Source of the DNA: the human T2T-CHM13v2.0 reference genome, Homo sapiens
Assembly (NCBI RefSeq): GCF_009914755.1
Contig: NC_060937.1
DNA: 64,000 bases
Reading direction: 5' to 3' (one strand)
A program made the position numbers and the translations under genes. Under the pieces are notes generated by a model. The model was not told where the DNA came from. It searched no databases and saw nothing but the letters and a program-made list of their open reading frames with translations. This document shows positions 26,134-38,495 of this stretch, one piece after another; within the stretch, counting starts at the first letter, position 1, and each line of letters opens with the position of its first letter.

Positions 26134-26533
26134 TATGCACAAACAAGAAAAATCTATTACATTATTTTCTCTAATGATAAATAGCAAGGTATACACCTTG
26201 CTTTCTTCTCTGAAACCCAGTCCCTAGAGTCCTGTCTTCCTACTGAACCCCACGAACTTCTTGCTTAAAGGAAGCAGCTACCCTGAGATGCTACTTGGTT
26301 CAATACCTACTCTGTTTTGGAATTGTCTTCCTGCCTCAGATTCCTGTTGCTACTCTGATCCTAAATTCAGCCCTACTATGTCCAATACTGTCAACTCTAC
26401 ATTCTACCAGCTCCTGATTCTTCCCTAACACGGGTTCTCTATTCAACCCTAAATACATTGAAATTGTACTTTCAAATTTTGCAGAATCACCATTACTCAG
26501 TCAGATAGGCTTAAGAAGTAAGAAAAAGGAATC

Positions 26534-27039
26534 GGTGGTCCTAACCAGCCTTCAAGAGGGACTCCAGTGATTCTCACTTCTGGATATTCACATTCTTCTA
26601 TGGGCCCCTCTCATATCAAATAAGATAACCTGTGTAGCTGAGATTAGGCCATAGAAGACACTGGGCTATCTGCCTTGCACTTAGATTATTCTCTCTGGAG
26701 GAAGCCAGTGATCATGTCATGAGGACACAAAAGCAGCCCTATGAAGTCTACTTAGTGAAGAACTGAGGCCTCCTGCCAACAACCAGCACCAACTTGCTAT
26801 CCAAATGCTGGCACCATCTTAGAAGAGGGTGCTCCAGCTTCAGTCAACCTTCAGGTGACTGTGCCTTCAGCCAGCACTCTAACCACAACCTCACAAAAGA
26901 CTCTGAGCCTGAACCATCCAGCTAAGACACTCCTGAATTCCTGACCCACAGAAATTGTGTGAAATGATGAATGTCTATTCCTGTTTGAAACTACTGAGTT
27001 TTGGGGAAATTTATTATGCAGCAAAAAATAACTAAAACA
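26534..27039 (+). mobile_element. MaLR solo LTR, MLT1F-like
   Basis: 'gaactgaggcctcctgccaacaacca...ccagctaagacactcctgaattcctgacccacagaaattgtg...ttatgcagcaaaaaataactaaaaca'. Confidence 0.85.
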
Positions 27040-28249
27040 GTGTGCATACAAAATCCATTTGTAAGGAAAGTAAACCTGAAAAGTCATGAGTCCTATGACA
27101 AAGAAAATTGTGTAGAAATTCAACTCAGCACTGAAAATGTATTGGATATATAAAACAGATAAAACAATGATTTTGTCTTTTTACAAAGCTTAGAGTTTTT
27201 ATTATGAGTCTTTATGAAAAGCTTTTAGCTGACTTTTTCTTCTGTCAGTAGAGCCCTAAATATCAGTATTTCAATAAGTTTGTAAAATAGCACAAATAGC
27301 CTAACTAATTTAAAAAAACAGAGCTCCAATGACTTTAAACTTTAAACTCTGAACTTTAAAAAAAAATTAAGAAGCATAATTTTCTGCTGTTAATGCAGTA
27401 GCCCTGCTTTAAAATATAATAATAACCAATCAAATGTGGATTGCCTACGATAGAAACAGATGCACAATACAGAAGCTTAAAGACAATGTCAGGGTGTGAT
27501 TATGAAAGAAAATATCAAGACCAGGACTAAAACAGAAATATTTGCCTTAAGGATGAAAGTTTGGTGTTAATATCAGAATAGCATTGTAATTACATCAGTA
27601 TTTTACTTCCTTATATAAATACAAGTTTGCTAAACCAACTAGAAATTTGAACATAAATCATTCCACATATGAGTTCAGTCATTCTAAACTAATTTTTCTT
27701 CTTCCTGATTTATGACATCCTCCTTGGAGTGATATTACAGAGAGTGAACTCAGCCAAGTGAACCCACATTGTCAACTGCAGTCAATTTTCAGATATTGAA
27801 GTAAACAGATGAAATAGGGTATACCCAACTTATAGATGCACCTAAGGTTGCCAATATTTACTCTGGTCTTGTTATATCACACATTACAGAGAAGAACTGC
27901 TGTAAATCTAAAATTGAAGACAACAGACATGAGGATAATATTTGGCTTCTCTTTTGAAGCCCTGGGGAAGCATTTAGGAGATAAATGCTAAATAATTTCA
28001 ATGCCCTGCCCTGCCCACAAATAAAGCATTTAGCATTCATCCCCTAATGAGGAATATACAACTCATTTTGTCGGAGAGGTACCACTTTGATGCTTCCCTA
28101 GAAATTGGGCTGTAAACCCCTAGGTTACCAGAACTGTGTCTATTTATGGCTCTGCCTCTGGCCCCAAGTTTTGCATCCTGGTTTTGGCCAATAGATCACT
28201 ACTGAGTGACAGATTAGACAAATACTCTTCTTCTAATCAGTACACTGGA

Positions 28250-28620
28250 ATACAGCCAACACACATTGCATCTTATCTTCTACCAGGCACTGTATTTGGT
28301 GCTAAGGATACAAAGAAGATGAAGAGCCATTCCTGGCTGTGGAGCAGCTCATGATCAGTGGGAGATTCAAGCATACGCATAGACATTGCAGGGCAGGGAA
28401 GACATATCATGCTTGAGAGAAGGCAGATGATGGAGGGGAAGACAAAGAGAAGAATCAGGCCTTCTGGAAAAAATAGGTACTAAACAGGCTGAACAGAGCA
28501 TTACAGAAAAAGGATGTCATGAAAATCATGACCTTGGAGTTTGGTCTTTAGGCAGAAGCTCATCAATGGACAGCTGGCTTTGACAAGGTAAGAGGGGACC
28601 CTATGCCACAAAGCTGGAGC
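28250..28620 (-). mobile_element. L2 fragment
   Basis: 'ccaggcactgtatttggtgctaaggatacaaagaagatgaagagccattcctgg...ggagcagctcat', antisense L2 3' region. Confidence 0.6.
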
Positions 28621-28858
28621 TTCTGCAAAGTAAGACTGTGTGCCCAAAACATTGCTTAAAAAATAATAATCACATAAGTATTTCTCAAGGGCCCATAAGG
28701 CCAAAAGAATGAAGAAAGAAATTAGCATACCTACTCTCAAAGTGTTCAGGCCTTTTAACCTTTTGAACAATGAAATTTGCAGTGCACAGTATACTTAATT
28801 AGAACTATCCACCATCTATCAGAAAAAGGCCAGAGTCATATATTTTCACATTCTAACT

Positions 28859-29444
28859 TGTATGCACAATAAAGACCACCCCCTGCAAATACGTCCACGT
28901 CCTAATTTCAGAATCTGTGCCCATATTATCATACATGGCAAAGAGGGTGCTGCAGAAGTGATTAAGGGTAAGGACCTCGAGATGGAAAGAGTATCCTGAA
29001 TGACCCAGGGCATTTCTCTGGGTCCAATCTAATCCTATAAAGTGGGCCCAGTTCAATCATAGGAGGCCTTAAAAGTGGAGATTTCCCAGCTGTGGTCAAA
29101 GAGATGGCAGCGTGACATGAATTCGATGTAGCAGAGCACAAGCAAGGATGGCAGAGAGGCTTCTAGAACATAAGAGAGGCCTCCAGCTGACAGCCAACAA
29201 GGAAGTGGAGAGCTCAATCCCATGACCATATGGAACCTAACTTTTCCAACATCCAAGTGAGCAATAAATGAACTCTGTCTGAGAACCTCCGGAAAGGAAC
29301 GCAGGCCCCTGATGCCTTCATTTTAGCCAGGTGAGATCCACAGGAGACTTCTGACCTGCAGAACTGTTTGATCATAAATTTGTACTGCTTTATGCCACCA
29401 AATCTGTGGGAATTTGTTACAGCAGCATTAAAAAAACTAATACA
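28859..29444 (+). mobile_element. MaLR solo LTR, MLT1D/E-like
   Basis: 'gtccacgtcctaat...tacatggcaaagaggg...gtgattaagggtaaggacctcgagatgg...gacttctgacctgcagaactgt...aatttgttacagcagc...aactaataca'. Confidence 0.85.
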
Positions 29445-29579
29445 CCAATAAATTCTGTTTGTCACTTAAAAATGGAGTCACAAGAACTGGCTTATAATTT
29501 GAGTTTATAAAACTAAATTCTGTACAATATCCAGAAATGTTGGTACCACTTATTTTTATGAACTTTTAAGACTAATAAG

Positions 29580-30050
29580 TGGTACCATTTATTGAGGACA
29601 CACCATGTACTTGTTATTGTACTAAGTGCTTCACATAGCAATAATAATCACTAATATTTTTAGTATATGTACATGTATGTTAGGATGTGATAGGCACTGT
29701 ACCAATCATTTTCATGTATTAATTCATTTAATCTTCACAACATTCTTATAAAGCAACTTCTATTACGATTCCCATTTTACAGATGAGGGAATTGAGACAG
29801 AAAGGATATCCATAAGGTGCCACGGCCACTCAACCCCCATTGCAGCTCTCTAACAGGAGCAAGCATTTATTAGGAATATACTGTGTTCTAGGTAATAGGC
29901 CAAGTACCTCCCATTCACTAGTGCACTAATGCCCCAATAGCACCCCATTTTCAGATAAGAAACCTGGGGCCTAGAAAATTTTAATAACTTTCAAGGTGTC
30001 TCACAATGAACAAATAGTGCTGCTAAAGCCAGAACTGACCTCAGAACAGG
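29580..30050 (-). mobile_element. Cluster of 2-3 MIR fragments
   Basis: 'cattta atcttcacaac...cccattttacagatgagggaattgagacag' and 'ccccattttcagataagaaacctggggcctagaaa'. Confidence 0.8.
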
Positions 30051-30589
30051 CCCTCTCAGACATCCAGGGTGTCCTCGAGACACCAGAAGGCTGGGCTGGC
30101 ATCAACAATGTGTGGCTACCTGAAGATGTCCTTTCCCTAAGAACCTTCAGAAGACTATTTCAGTTAACAGATTTCCAGACGTTGGATCAAGCCAGATATC
30201 TCCCTAAGATACTCAAGATCCTCTCCATTGGCAGAGGGTGGGCTGCACATCCACCAAGTGGACAACTGAGGATATTTGTGTTTAACAATAAAAAGTTTCA
30301 ATCACGTTCCCACTTTTTACATTCAATCCTGATTACAAAAGTGACTCAACATGTATTGGATGTCCACTATGAGCAGATCAATATAATGAGCATCAACGAA
30401 CATCCAAACAGGTATAATTTCTCCAGGGGTACTGATTTATACTTTATAACTTTCAAGAGAAGTTAAAAGGGCTTCAGTAACACATTTGGGTAACACCACG
30501 GCCCTAAAGAAACTTACAGGATGTATAAAGGGGGAAGTCTGATCAACTTCTTATAATGTTCTAGTAAAATTCAATGCAATTATGTCAGG

Positions 30590-30750
30590 AAAAAAAGAAT
30601 TGGACTAAAAGGTAGCAGACCTAGTTTCTAGCCCCAGCTCTGCCTGAGTGATCTGAACAAGTCATTTTACATGTCTGCCTCCATTTCTTCATCTGTAAAA
30701 TAAAAGGATCAGTCTACAATATATCAAATATCTTCTGAGTTCTGAGTTCT
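30590..30750 (+). mobile_element. MIR (MIR3/MIRc-like)
   Basis: 'gacctagtttctagccccagctctgcc...tgaacaagtcatt...atttcttcatctgtaaaata'. Confidence 0.75.
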
Positions 30751-31148
30751 GCGATTCTGCTCTTTGAAATCTGCCAATCTGCCCTCACACAAGAGAGTGG
30801 TTACAGTCAGGCAATGTGCTAAACAATAAGACTGGAGTGGGACCTGGTACCTGGGGTGTTATTGGGGGCAGAAGATGGCAAACATCCAGACTTCGGAGCC
30901 ACTTTGTATATGAACTAGGAGGGTTTCTTATACAAAAAAAAAAAAAAAAAACACAAAAAAAACAGACCCTAGAAAAAGAGCACTCCAAAGTATCTGCAGA
31001 AATGTAGTGAGTTTTCCAAGACCTGAATAAAAATGGGACACCAGAAATAGTAACCTTGCTATGTTAGTAATGGCTGATGTACTTGATACTTGGTTAATGG
31101 GATTAAATGAAAAGTAAACATGCACCCACACAAATGCATACATGCATA

Positions 31149-31152
<4 letters not shown>

Positions 31153-31185
<33 letters not shown>
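31153..31185. repeat. (AC)16 microsatellite
   Basis: Perfect AC run. Confidence 0.97.
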
Positions 31186-31186
<1 letters not shown>

Positions 31187-32665
31187 CTCGCACAGTAATG
31201 CGTTGAGTGCCTCCCAGTCCTTCAAGTGGAGCACTGAGCCGATCAACATGGTGCTATTACACAAGCTTGCTGCACTGCACCAAACTCGCTGAGCGCACAG
31301 CATGCCTGGAAACGCTACCACGTTCTCCTACAAGCATAAAGGAGTTTCTGGAACTTCTCCAAAGCCCCATGCTTTCATCAGCTAGGTAAAGGCATTCACT
31401 TCACCGGCTGAAATGACGGGGCTATCAGCCTGCACTAACCAGCCCTGGGAAGTGCAGTTTTATAGTTTCTGGTACTGCAGAGTACCACAGAGCAAATGGG
31501 ATTCTGCCTAGATCTGCTAGGAAAGAATCAAAGAGATGAGAAAGTTGCATTTTACTGCCCACAAGTGATTTCTCTTGCACAAAAGGACCATACAATTTGG
31601 GTAAAAAGAACTGAATCATGAAAAAGTCAATTCAATAATCAAACGCAAAAATCGGATGAGCACTGAAATGTTTAATAAACAATATGCTAAAATTAGTGCT
31701 GCCTATTATAAAATTGCAAAGGATGAAGCAGCCACATATTTATCCATCAAAGGGATTATATAAATGAAAATTCTCAGAATTTAAAATCTTCTTAGAGCAC
31801 ATATCCTGGCTCTTTTCCCCTCCTTCTTCATATATGATGGCAGGGACCTCTCTGAATCTTCATCCTGCATTTGCTTTAGCCTTTGAATCTCAGCAACTCT
31901 TGGACAAGTTTCATTTGAACCTAGCAATCTCATCTGGATAGAAACCTCTGATAAGGTCTCCATGACCTTTAATTGTTTTTTACCCATGCACAGATATCTC
32001 TTAAAAATATATAAGGCATCCACTTCCACAAACATCTCTGTGTGACTCTAAGCTGTCACTTCACCAGTTTAGAACTCCTTTTCTTACCCTATAAAATGAA
32101 AAGGTTTGCTTCCTTCTATAATAGCTCTGTCATTCTGGCATCAGTTTATCTTTAAATGGCTTGGCTTTGAATTGGGAAAACTTTGGAAAGGCTTTAATTC
32201 TAACAAGCCCAGAAGGTGAGAAGAAGGAAAAACAAGAGGATAGTTTTACTCTTGCCCTCTTTGGTCTTGGTTAAAATGAAACACACGTGTGTGTGCATAC
32301 ACAAACACACATCCTTCCCCCTTTCCTCACTTAGAGTATATTTTTACTGTTTGTTTGTTTGGATCACCAACTATTTAAAGTGAGAAATCCTAACAGGCAG
32401 AATTCCCGAATTTTAAAAATAGAAGTGACCTTGAGGAGCACAAGGAATGAATGGAACTAATAAGTATTAAAGGAGAAGAGAACTTACTTTTTGAAATTAG
32501 AATGAAGTCTTTTTGCTTTAAGTATGAGCTGAGCTTCCATATGCATCTTTGTTGTATCTGTCTTCAGAGTTTGTGCCCACAAGGGACTGAAAAGTGTCTT
32601 TCTGGGCCAGGAGATAGAGGGAGGCAAGGAATAAAACCTTCTTTCCTTTCTGTCTCTCTCTTCCC

Positions 32666-32668
<3 letters not shown>

Positions 32669-32718
<50 letters not shown>

Positions 32719-32736
32719 GGGGGGGGGGGGTGGGGG
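32669..32736. repeat. Compound (TC)19-(TG)n-G13-T-G5 repeat
   Basis: Read directly. Confidence 0.95.
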
Positions 32737-33050
32737 TTGTTTAACTGCTAGAAAACTCCCCTTTCCTTTTTCTATAAGGTAGCCAGCCCCAAGGTCTAGG
32801 TAAAGGAAGCTTGGCCTCCAGCAGGTCTGAAGTCCCTGGTCTCAGGAGTTAACTAATCATTTGGGGCCAGATTCCAGACCAGATTGTTCTCCCTTGGGGG
32901 TGGGAAGTCACTGCCAGGGTCTCATTTTCAGGAGCTAAGAACTGCATCCAGGGCGTGACCTAATTCAAGCCTGTGTCCTTCTACCACACCAGCATCGCCT
33001 CTGTTAATATGACCAGCTGTGTCCCATATGGCCCACTTGCATCAAAATTT

Positions 33051-33077
33051 ACACACACATACACACACACACACACA
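33051..33077. repeat. Interrupted (AC)n microsatellite
   Basis: acacacacatacacacacacacacaca. Confidence 0.85.
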
Positions 33078-34024
33078 ATTTAAAAAGGATTCGGTCAGCC
33101 ATTAACTAGGCTAGACTGCTCCGTTGCACCCTCATTCAGTGTTCTTCCATTCATTACATTCAGCATGGTCCAAGGGAAGAGGTTATTTCTTAAGGGTGTG
33201 AAGAAAGATGCATTTGGACATGCATTCCTTAGGGAGAACAAGGATGTTCTTTTCTAAGAGGGTCATGAACAGATCACACTGCATTAGGAGTTTCTCTTGG
33301 CCTGGTTTCTGGGCCCTGGGGAGTTGAGCTTTATGACATACTAGGGGCAGCTATCTGATCAGTCTTGAAGAAAATATCTTTTCTATGTGAGCTCTTTAAA
33401 GTAAAACTAAGTTTTGTCAATGATTCTCCCCAAGAAATAATGGTGTCTTTAATTCTAGCTACAATGCCCCTGCTGGCAAGAGTCCATCCTTCCCCACAGC
33501 TGAATCGGGCCGATTTAAAAGTCACCTCATGCATTTGGGACAGGTTGGAGGTGTGGAAAAACACTCCCATTACAATTCAGAAGTGCTGTCATACTACCAG
33601 AACCAAAAATAAAGCTGTAGAAAAGGAGAGAGGAGGAGAAAGTAAGCAGAAGAGATTAAGGGTCAGGCAAAGCAAAGGGCTTAAAAAGACAGCGTGTAAC
33701 ACAGGATATTTGAAACGAACAAAGAACTGAGCTATTTTAAAGCACAACTACAAACACTTCTCGAATATCTGTGATCATAGATGAGAGCTGAACAAGTTAT
33801 CCCCCATCCCTTTATGGTTCTTAGAAATACAGAAGGCATAACACAACATTTGCCAGAAGAATAAATAAGACAACTTACCGATGTGCTAAAAAGTCTCTTT
33901 CAAATATTGAGGTAAGCCAAAGGGAAATGAGTATCTCAATGTTACTAGGGTCTCATATTTTCCAACATTTGTTCAATTTGGCCCACACATTTTAATGTTT
34001 CATATTTATGGGTTAATAACATTT

Positions 34025-34150
34025 TAATTTGGGAACCAAGTGACCTGAGTTTTAGTTTAGCTGGGCCGCTAAGAACTGCTTGACGTTTGGTATGTTACCT
34101 ACTCTGAGTTTCAGTTCCCTATCTGCTAAAGTATTCCATTCTCTTTAAGG
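34025..34150 (+). mobile_element. MIR fragment
   Basis: 'gacctgagttttagtttagctgggccgctaa...tctgagtttcagttccctatctgctaaa'. Confidence 0.55.
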
Positions 34151-36914
34151 TTGTCTACGATTTATGAAACCATTATTGTCCTCTCTTTTGTACTCTCTGA
34201 CTTTCCATTTTATTACATAATGAACAAGTACAAGACCTAAACCAAAAAAAAAAAAAAAAAGGCAAACTCTGCTTGCTCATTTAAATGAAAGCAGAAAAAA
34301 AAAACTTAAGTGGGAGAGAGCTTATATTAGCAACCTACTTCTGGACAATACCAATTTTCAAAAATACTATTTTCAAGGAGGTTTCATTTACAGCGTTGTC
34401 TTTCATTCTTACAACAAACTTTGGAAGCTAATATTTATTACTGTTTACCAAGGAGAAATTCAGATCCAAGATCACCAAACTAATGCCAATTAAAAGAATA
34501 AATAGGACTGATACTTGGGCCAAGGGTTTAAAATGTCTGTATGTTTTATAAAAAATCAAATCCACTAGAAATTGTATTCCCCACAAACACTTATGAATGG
34601 CATTATACCACTGCACTATTAATCCTAGTGCTGTTAGGAATTCCAACTACCCCCCTGGATGGCTTAAAGGGATAGAGACATCAGTGATAGCCCTAGGAAA
34701 AATATAAGAATTAGAACTTATAGGAGAAGGAAGTGTATTGTTTTGTTTTGTTTTGTTTTTCAGGGCATGGATTTGAAAGCTTCTGATAGCAGAAATTTCT
34801 TGCTGATTGTTTTCTGCTATCAACAACATCCTCAGAGACATATGAAGAATAAAGAAACATTTAGCTCTTCCATCGAAGCCCTACTTCTGGACTCCGTCCA
34901 CAGCCCCAGATATCCCTTTCAGTCCAGAGCTCGGCAGGTACATCACTCAGGGGCTGTGTGAAAAGTCAAGTGGGGTAGAGAGGAGACACAACCCTGACAA
35001 AAGCAAGTGAGTTCTCCTCCTCCTGTAGCGGACCAACCTACTCCTTCCTGAGCCACAGCCATAGGAGCAGACATTTAGTTCAAGGACAACAGAGCACCTT
35101 CCAAGCACTGATAGCCTTACAGTTCTCCAGGGAAAAAGGCAGGGCCAAGCAAGGCCCCTCTGCAAGGTTCACATTCAGCTATCCAACAATCAATTCAACA
35201 GTGTCTTCCACCTCACTGTGGGCAGGGCACTGCTCCTGGAAGGCACCAGGCAATGTCAAACCCAATCCTGAGCCTGGAAGCACTCACACACAGGGAAAGC
35301 AGCCGTGGAAATAGCTCAATTACAATTATGTGCCTAGTCTCTTCATCAATTACAACAGAAGTGGAGAACTCAGAAACTGAGTCTCACGAGGTAACATTTA
35401 AAGTCAATCTTGAAAGATAAGCAGGAGTTGTTTGTTGGAGCCAGGGAAGGGCACTCTCGTCTCAGGGAAAGGCATAAAAGAATGCAGATCATCACTGATG
35501 AAACAGTCCCGATTTTACAGGAAATGGTGAGAAAGTGAAAGTCAAAATTGTAGTTGGTGGTCCAAACAAGATACTCTTTGGGAATTCTCTCAGAAATACT
35601 CCATTTACCTTTTAAGGCGTTGGGCAGGGGAGGGGGGTAAGAGCTCAAAACAGTTCACATTGTTGGTTTTAATAGATTTTTAAACTAATAACATAATGAA
35701 ATTAAAATGTCTATTTTCAGCCCCAACCCCAAAAGAAATATATTCTTGTTTGCATTAAAGAAGGTTTTCACCAAAACTGTTCAGGTTCATTTCTATGGAA
35801 AATCATTCAGGCATCAACCCTCATGACTTCTTCAACAGTCCAAATGGAAAGCAACAACATCACGTCACAAATTCCTCCACAAAGTAGTACTAGACGTTCA
35901 AGACAGAGAAATTAAAATACCAATTATTTTCTCTAAAACTACCAAACGTGTTTTCCATCACTCAGGCAGAAAATGCAGCCATTACGAAACAACTCTGCCA
36001 GGCTGAGGCCGGAGAACACAGCCAGCACACAGACGACCAAGATGTTCAGTCCACTTAAGAAAATGCACCTCACTACTTCAGGGGCCACGCAAGCCATCTT
36101 CATGAGGCATTACGTATTGAAAAAAAATGGCTAATTTTCTGAGAGGTCAGTTGAAATATAAGAGACAGAAATTTCTTTCTGCTGCTTGTACAGTCAAAAT
36201 TTATTGAAGTCAGTTAGCAACAATGTAATTTGCCTGACCTGATCATCTTACAAATTGAAGTCATCAATAAAGTGTATTCACTTGTGTATCATCATGTTTT
36301 ATTCAGCTGGAACTGTCTCTCTCCACCGATGGCCCCAAACATATATTACATGCACAAATTAAGCAGCACCCATTCTATATTGACTACTTACTAGTTCCTT
36401 CTGAATATGTCCTCAATCGCGCTATACATATTTCCTGAACTGAAGGGACCATTCCAAGTGTCTTCACGGTATATGTTACTTCAACAAACCGAACATATTA
36501 ATACTATATGGAATGTCTGCATTTTCCAGATACTGTACTAGATACAAGGATCCAATGATTAATAAAAAAGCTTTCCTGCCCTCAGAGAGCTGAAAGTATA
36601 GTTTTATTATCACAGAAACTCACAATTATTCATAGTAAACACTCAGAAAATATTTGGTGAATAAACAGGTAGACGTACATGCAAATAAACAAATGCCAAT
36701 CACTCTTTCAAAGTTGTTTACAACAAGAGTTACTGTTTTTATTCTGAAAGTTAATTTCTGCTATCAGGAAAAAAAGTCGTCTTGTGTATTAATTCAGGAA
36801 TTTCCTGCAAAGCTCTGAAAGCAAGTACTTGCTCACACCTGCCAGAAGGGTTTGGTATTTCTCGACATGGGAGTAAATATAATGTTTTATTGATCTCACT
36901 TCTATTAGCTTTGG

Positions 36915-37165
36915 CTAAAAATTTATATATAAAAATACATAATAAATGTACAAAATTATACATATTATATTAATATATTATATAACATATACATTATTAT
37001 AAATAACATATTAATGTATAATAAAAGATTCACATAATGTTACACACACATACAAACATGTATACATATATGCATATATACATAGGATATACAAACATAT
37101 ATGTACAAACATGTATATATGTTTGTGGTAATGTGGTAATATATATGTATATTGTGTGAATATTA
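36915..37165. repeat. AT-rich (TA)/(TACA) low-complexity region
   Basis: Degenerate tata/taca units across ~250 bp. Confidence 0.8.
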
Positions 37166-38364
37166 TATCACACACACACACATGCCTTCCCTAATAAATC
37201 GGTCAAAGAAATGAGTAGCAAGGAAAAAATATTATAAAATCTGGCATTCCTCCTTTCTGTAAAGGGGATCTTTTTGAAAAGAAACACATATTGCTCTAAG
37301 AGTCAGTCACACTTTCACAGACAGAAGATACTGCTTCCAAAGTGCCTCCCAGCCTGCACCCCTTCAGGGGACAGTAGAGCAGTTCCCTGAAGCCCTACCT
37401 CAAGTTCAAAAACTATCACTTCTCTCAACCCTCCCCTGTAGGCAATGCCTGTAACATTTCACTGCATTTTTTGCGGGCCTCTTTTACTTGACTAAGTTCT
37501 CTGAGAGCCAGCATTATGAACCATTTGTGTTTAAATGCCTTGTATTTGGCACAGTTTGGGTCATAACCCAATACTGCAAAAAGGGAACTCAATGGCATGG
37601 GTTAGTTTATTAAATTAATTTTAAAATCATTTTCCTTTTAGCTGTCTTGTAATCCTTCTTGAAATAGTTGAGGATCCCCTAGCATTTCACAAAACAAGAG
37701 TTGGAATTTTCTGTCCCAAATATTATTGCATCTAAAATATATCAGCTTGGGTCCTGTGTACCTTAGGGAGAACCCCAAGCTTGAAATAAACTAGGTAAGA
37801 CCTCAAATACAGCAAGGCAGTGAGCCTAACACAGATTTATTGAAGCTTTAATTCCCTCTTCTTACCTTTCTAGCAAATTACTCCTTTTTACAATATCCCA
37901 AGATATTTTAAAAAAAACCTGTTGTATATTACATTACACTCTTTCATGAATATACCAGCACTGCAAAAAAGCAGAAACTAGGACATGACTACTTGGGTGC
38001 ATAATGAGCCCTATGCAATCCCACAGCTACACTGTGCAGAGAAGAATAAAGCATTTGGCCAGTGCTGTCTCATTAGGGGAAAATATGTCCTGCCAGGAGG
38101 CAAGGGTCTAAACTAGGAGCCCCCTTGGAGTCCCATATTAAACCCAGCAGACTGCAAAATAACAGAAATTAACAGAAGGATAAGCTTTGTGACTGGAGAA
38201 AAATTTAACTTTCTCAAATCCTAAAATCCTGACCTTTCTGCCACAGTACTCAACCAAGTTTTCATGGCATACTATCATGTTACATACAATCAGTTGTGGG
38301 ACATGTCAAAAGCAATGTTACCAACAATAGTCTCTCAACATGCACATCAAGGGTTGAACATTCA

Positions 38365-38495
38365 ACAAAAATGTGGTAAGTTGATGGGGTGACAGATATG
38401 TTAATTCGCTCGCCTGAATATTTCTACATAGACCAAAATATCACACTGTACCCCATACATATATACAATTATTATCAATTAAAAATAAATGAATA
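38365..38495 (+). mobile_element. L1MA-like 3' end
   Basis: 'gggtgacagatatgttaatt...aaaatatcacactgtaccccatacatatatacaattattatcaattaaaaataaa'. Confidence 0.8.

Noticed and set aside
29996-30466. 156-aa plus-strand ORF
   Set aside because: GTG start inside a MIR, no recognisable domain and no convincing splice sites; likely chance (BLASTp/PhyloCSF would settle it)
33365-33730. 121-aa ORF with a basic C-terminus
   Set aside because: TTG start; the K/R/E-rich tail is simply the purine-rich complement of the minus-strand polypyrimidine tract
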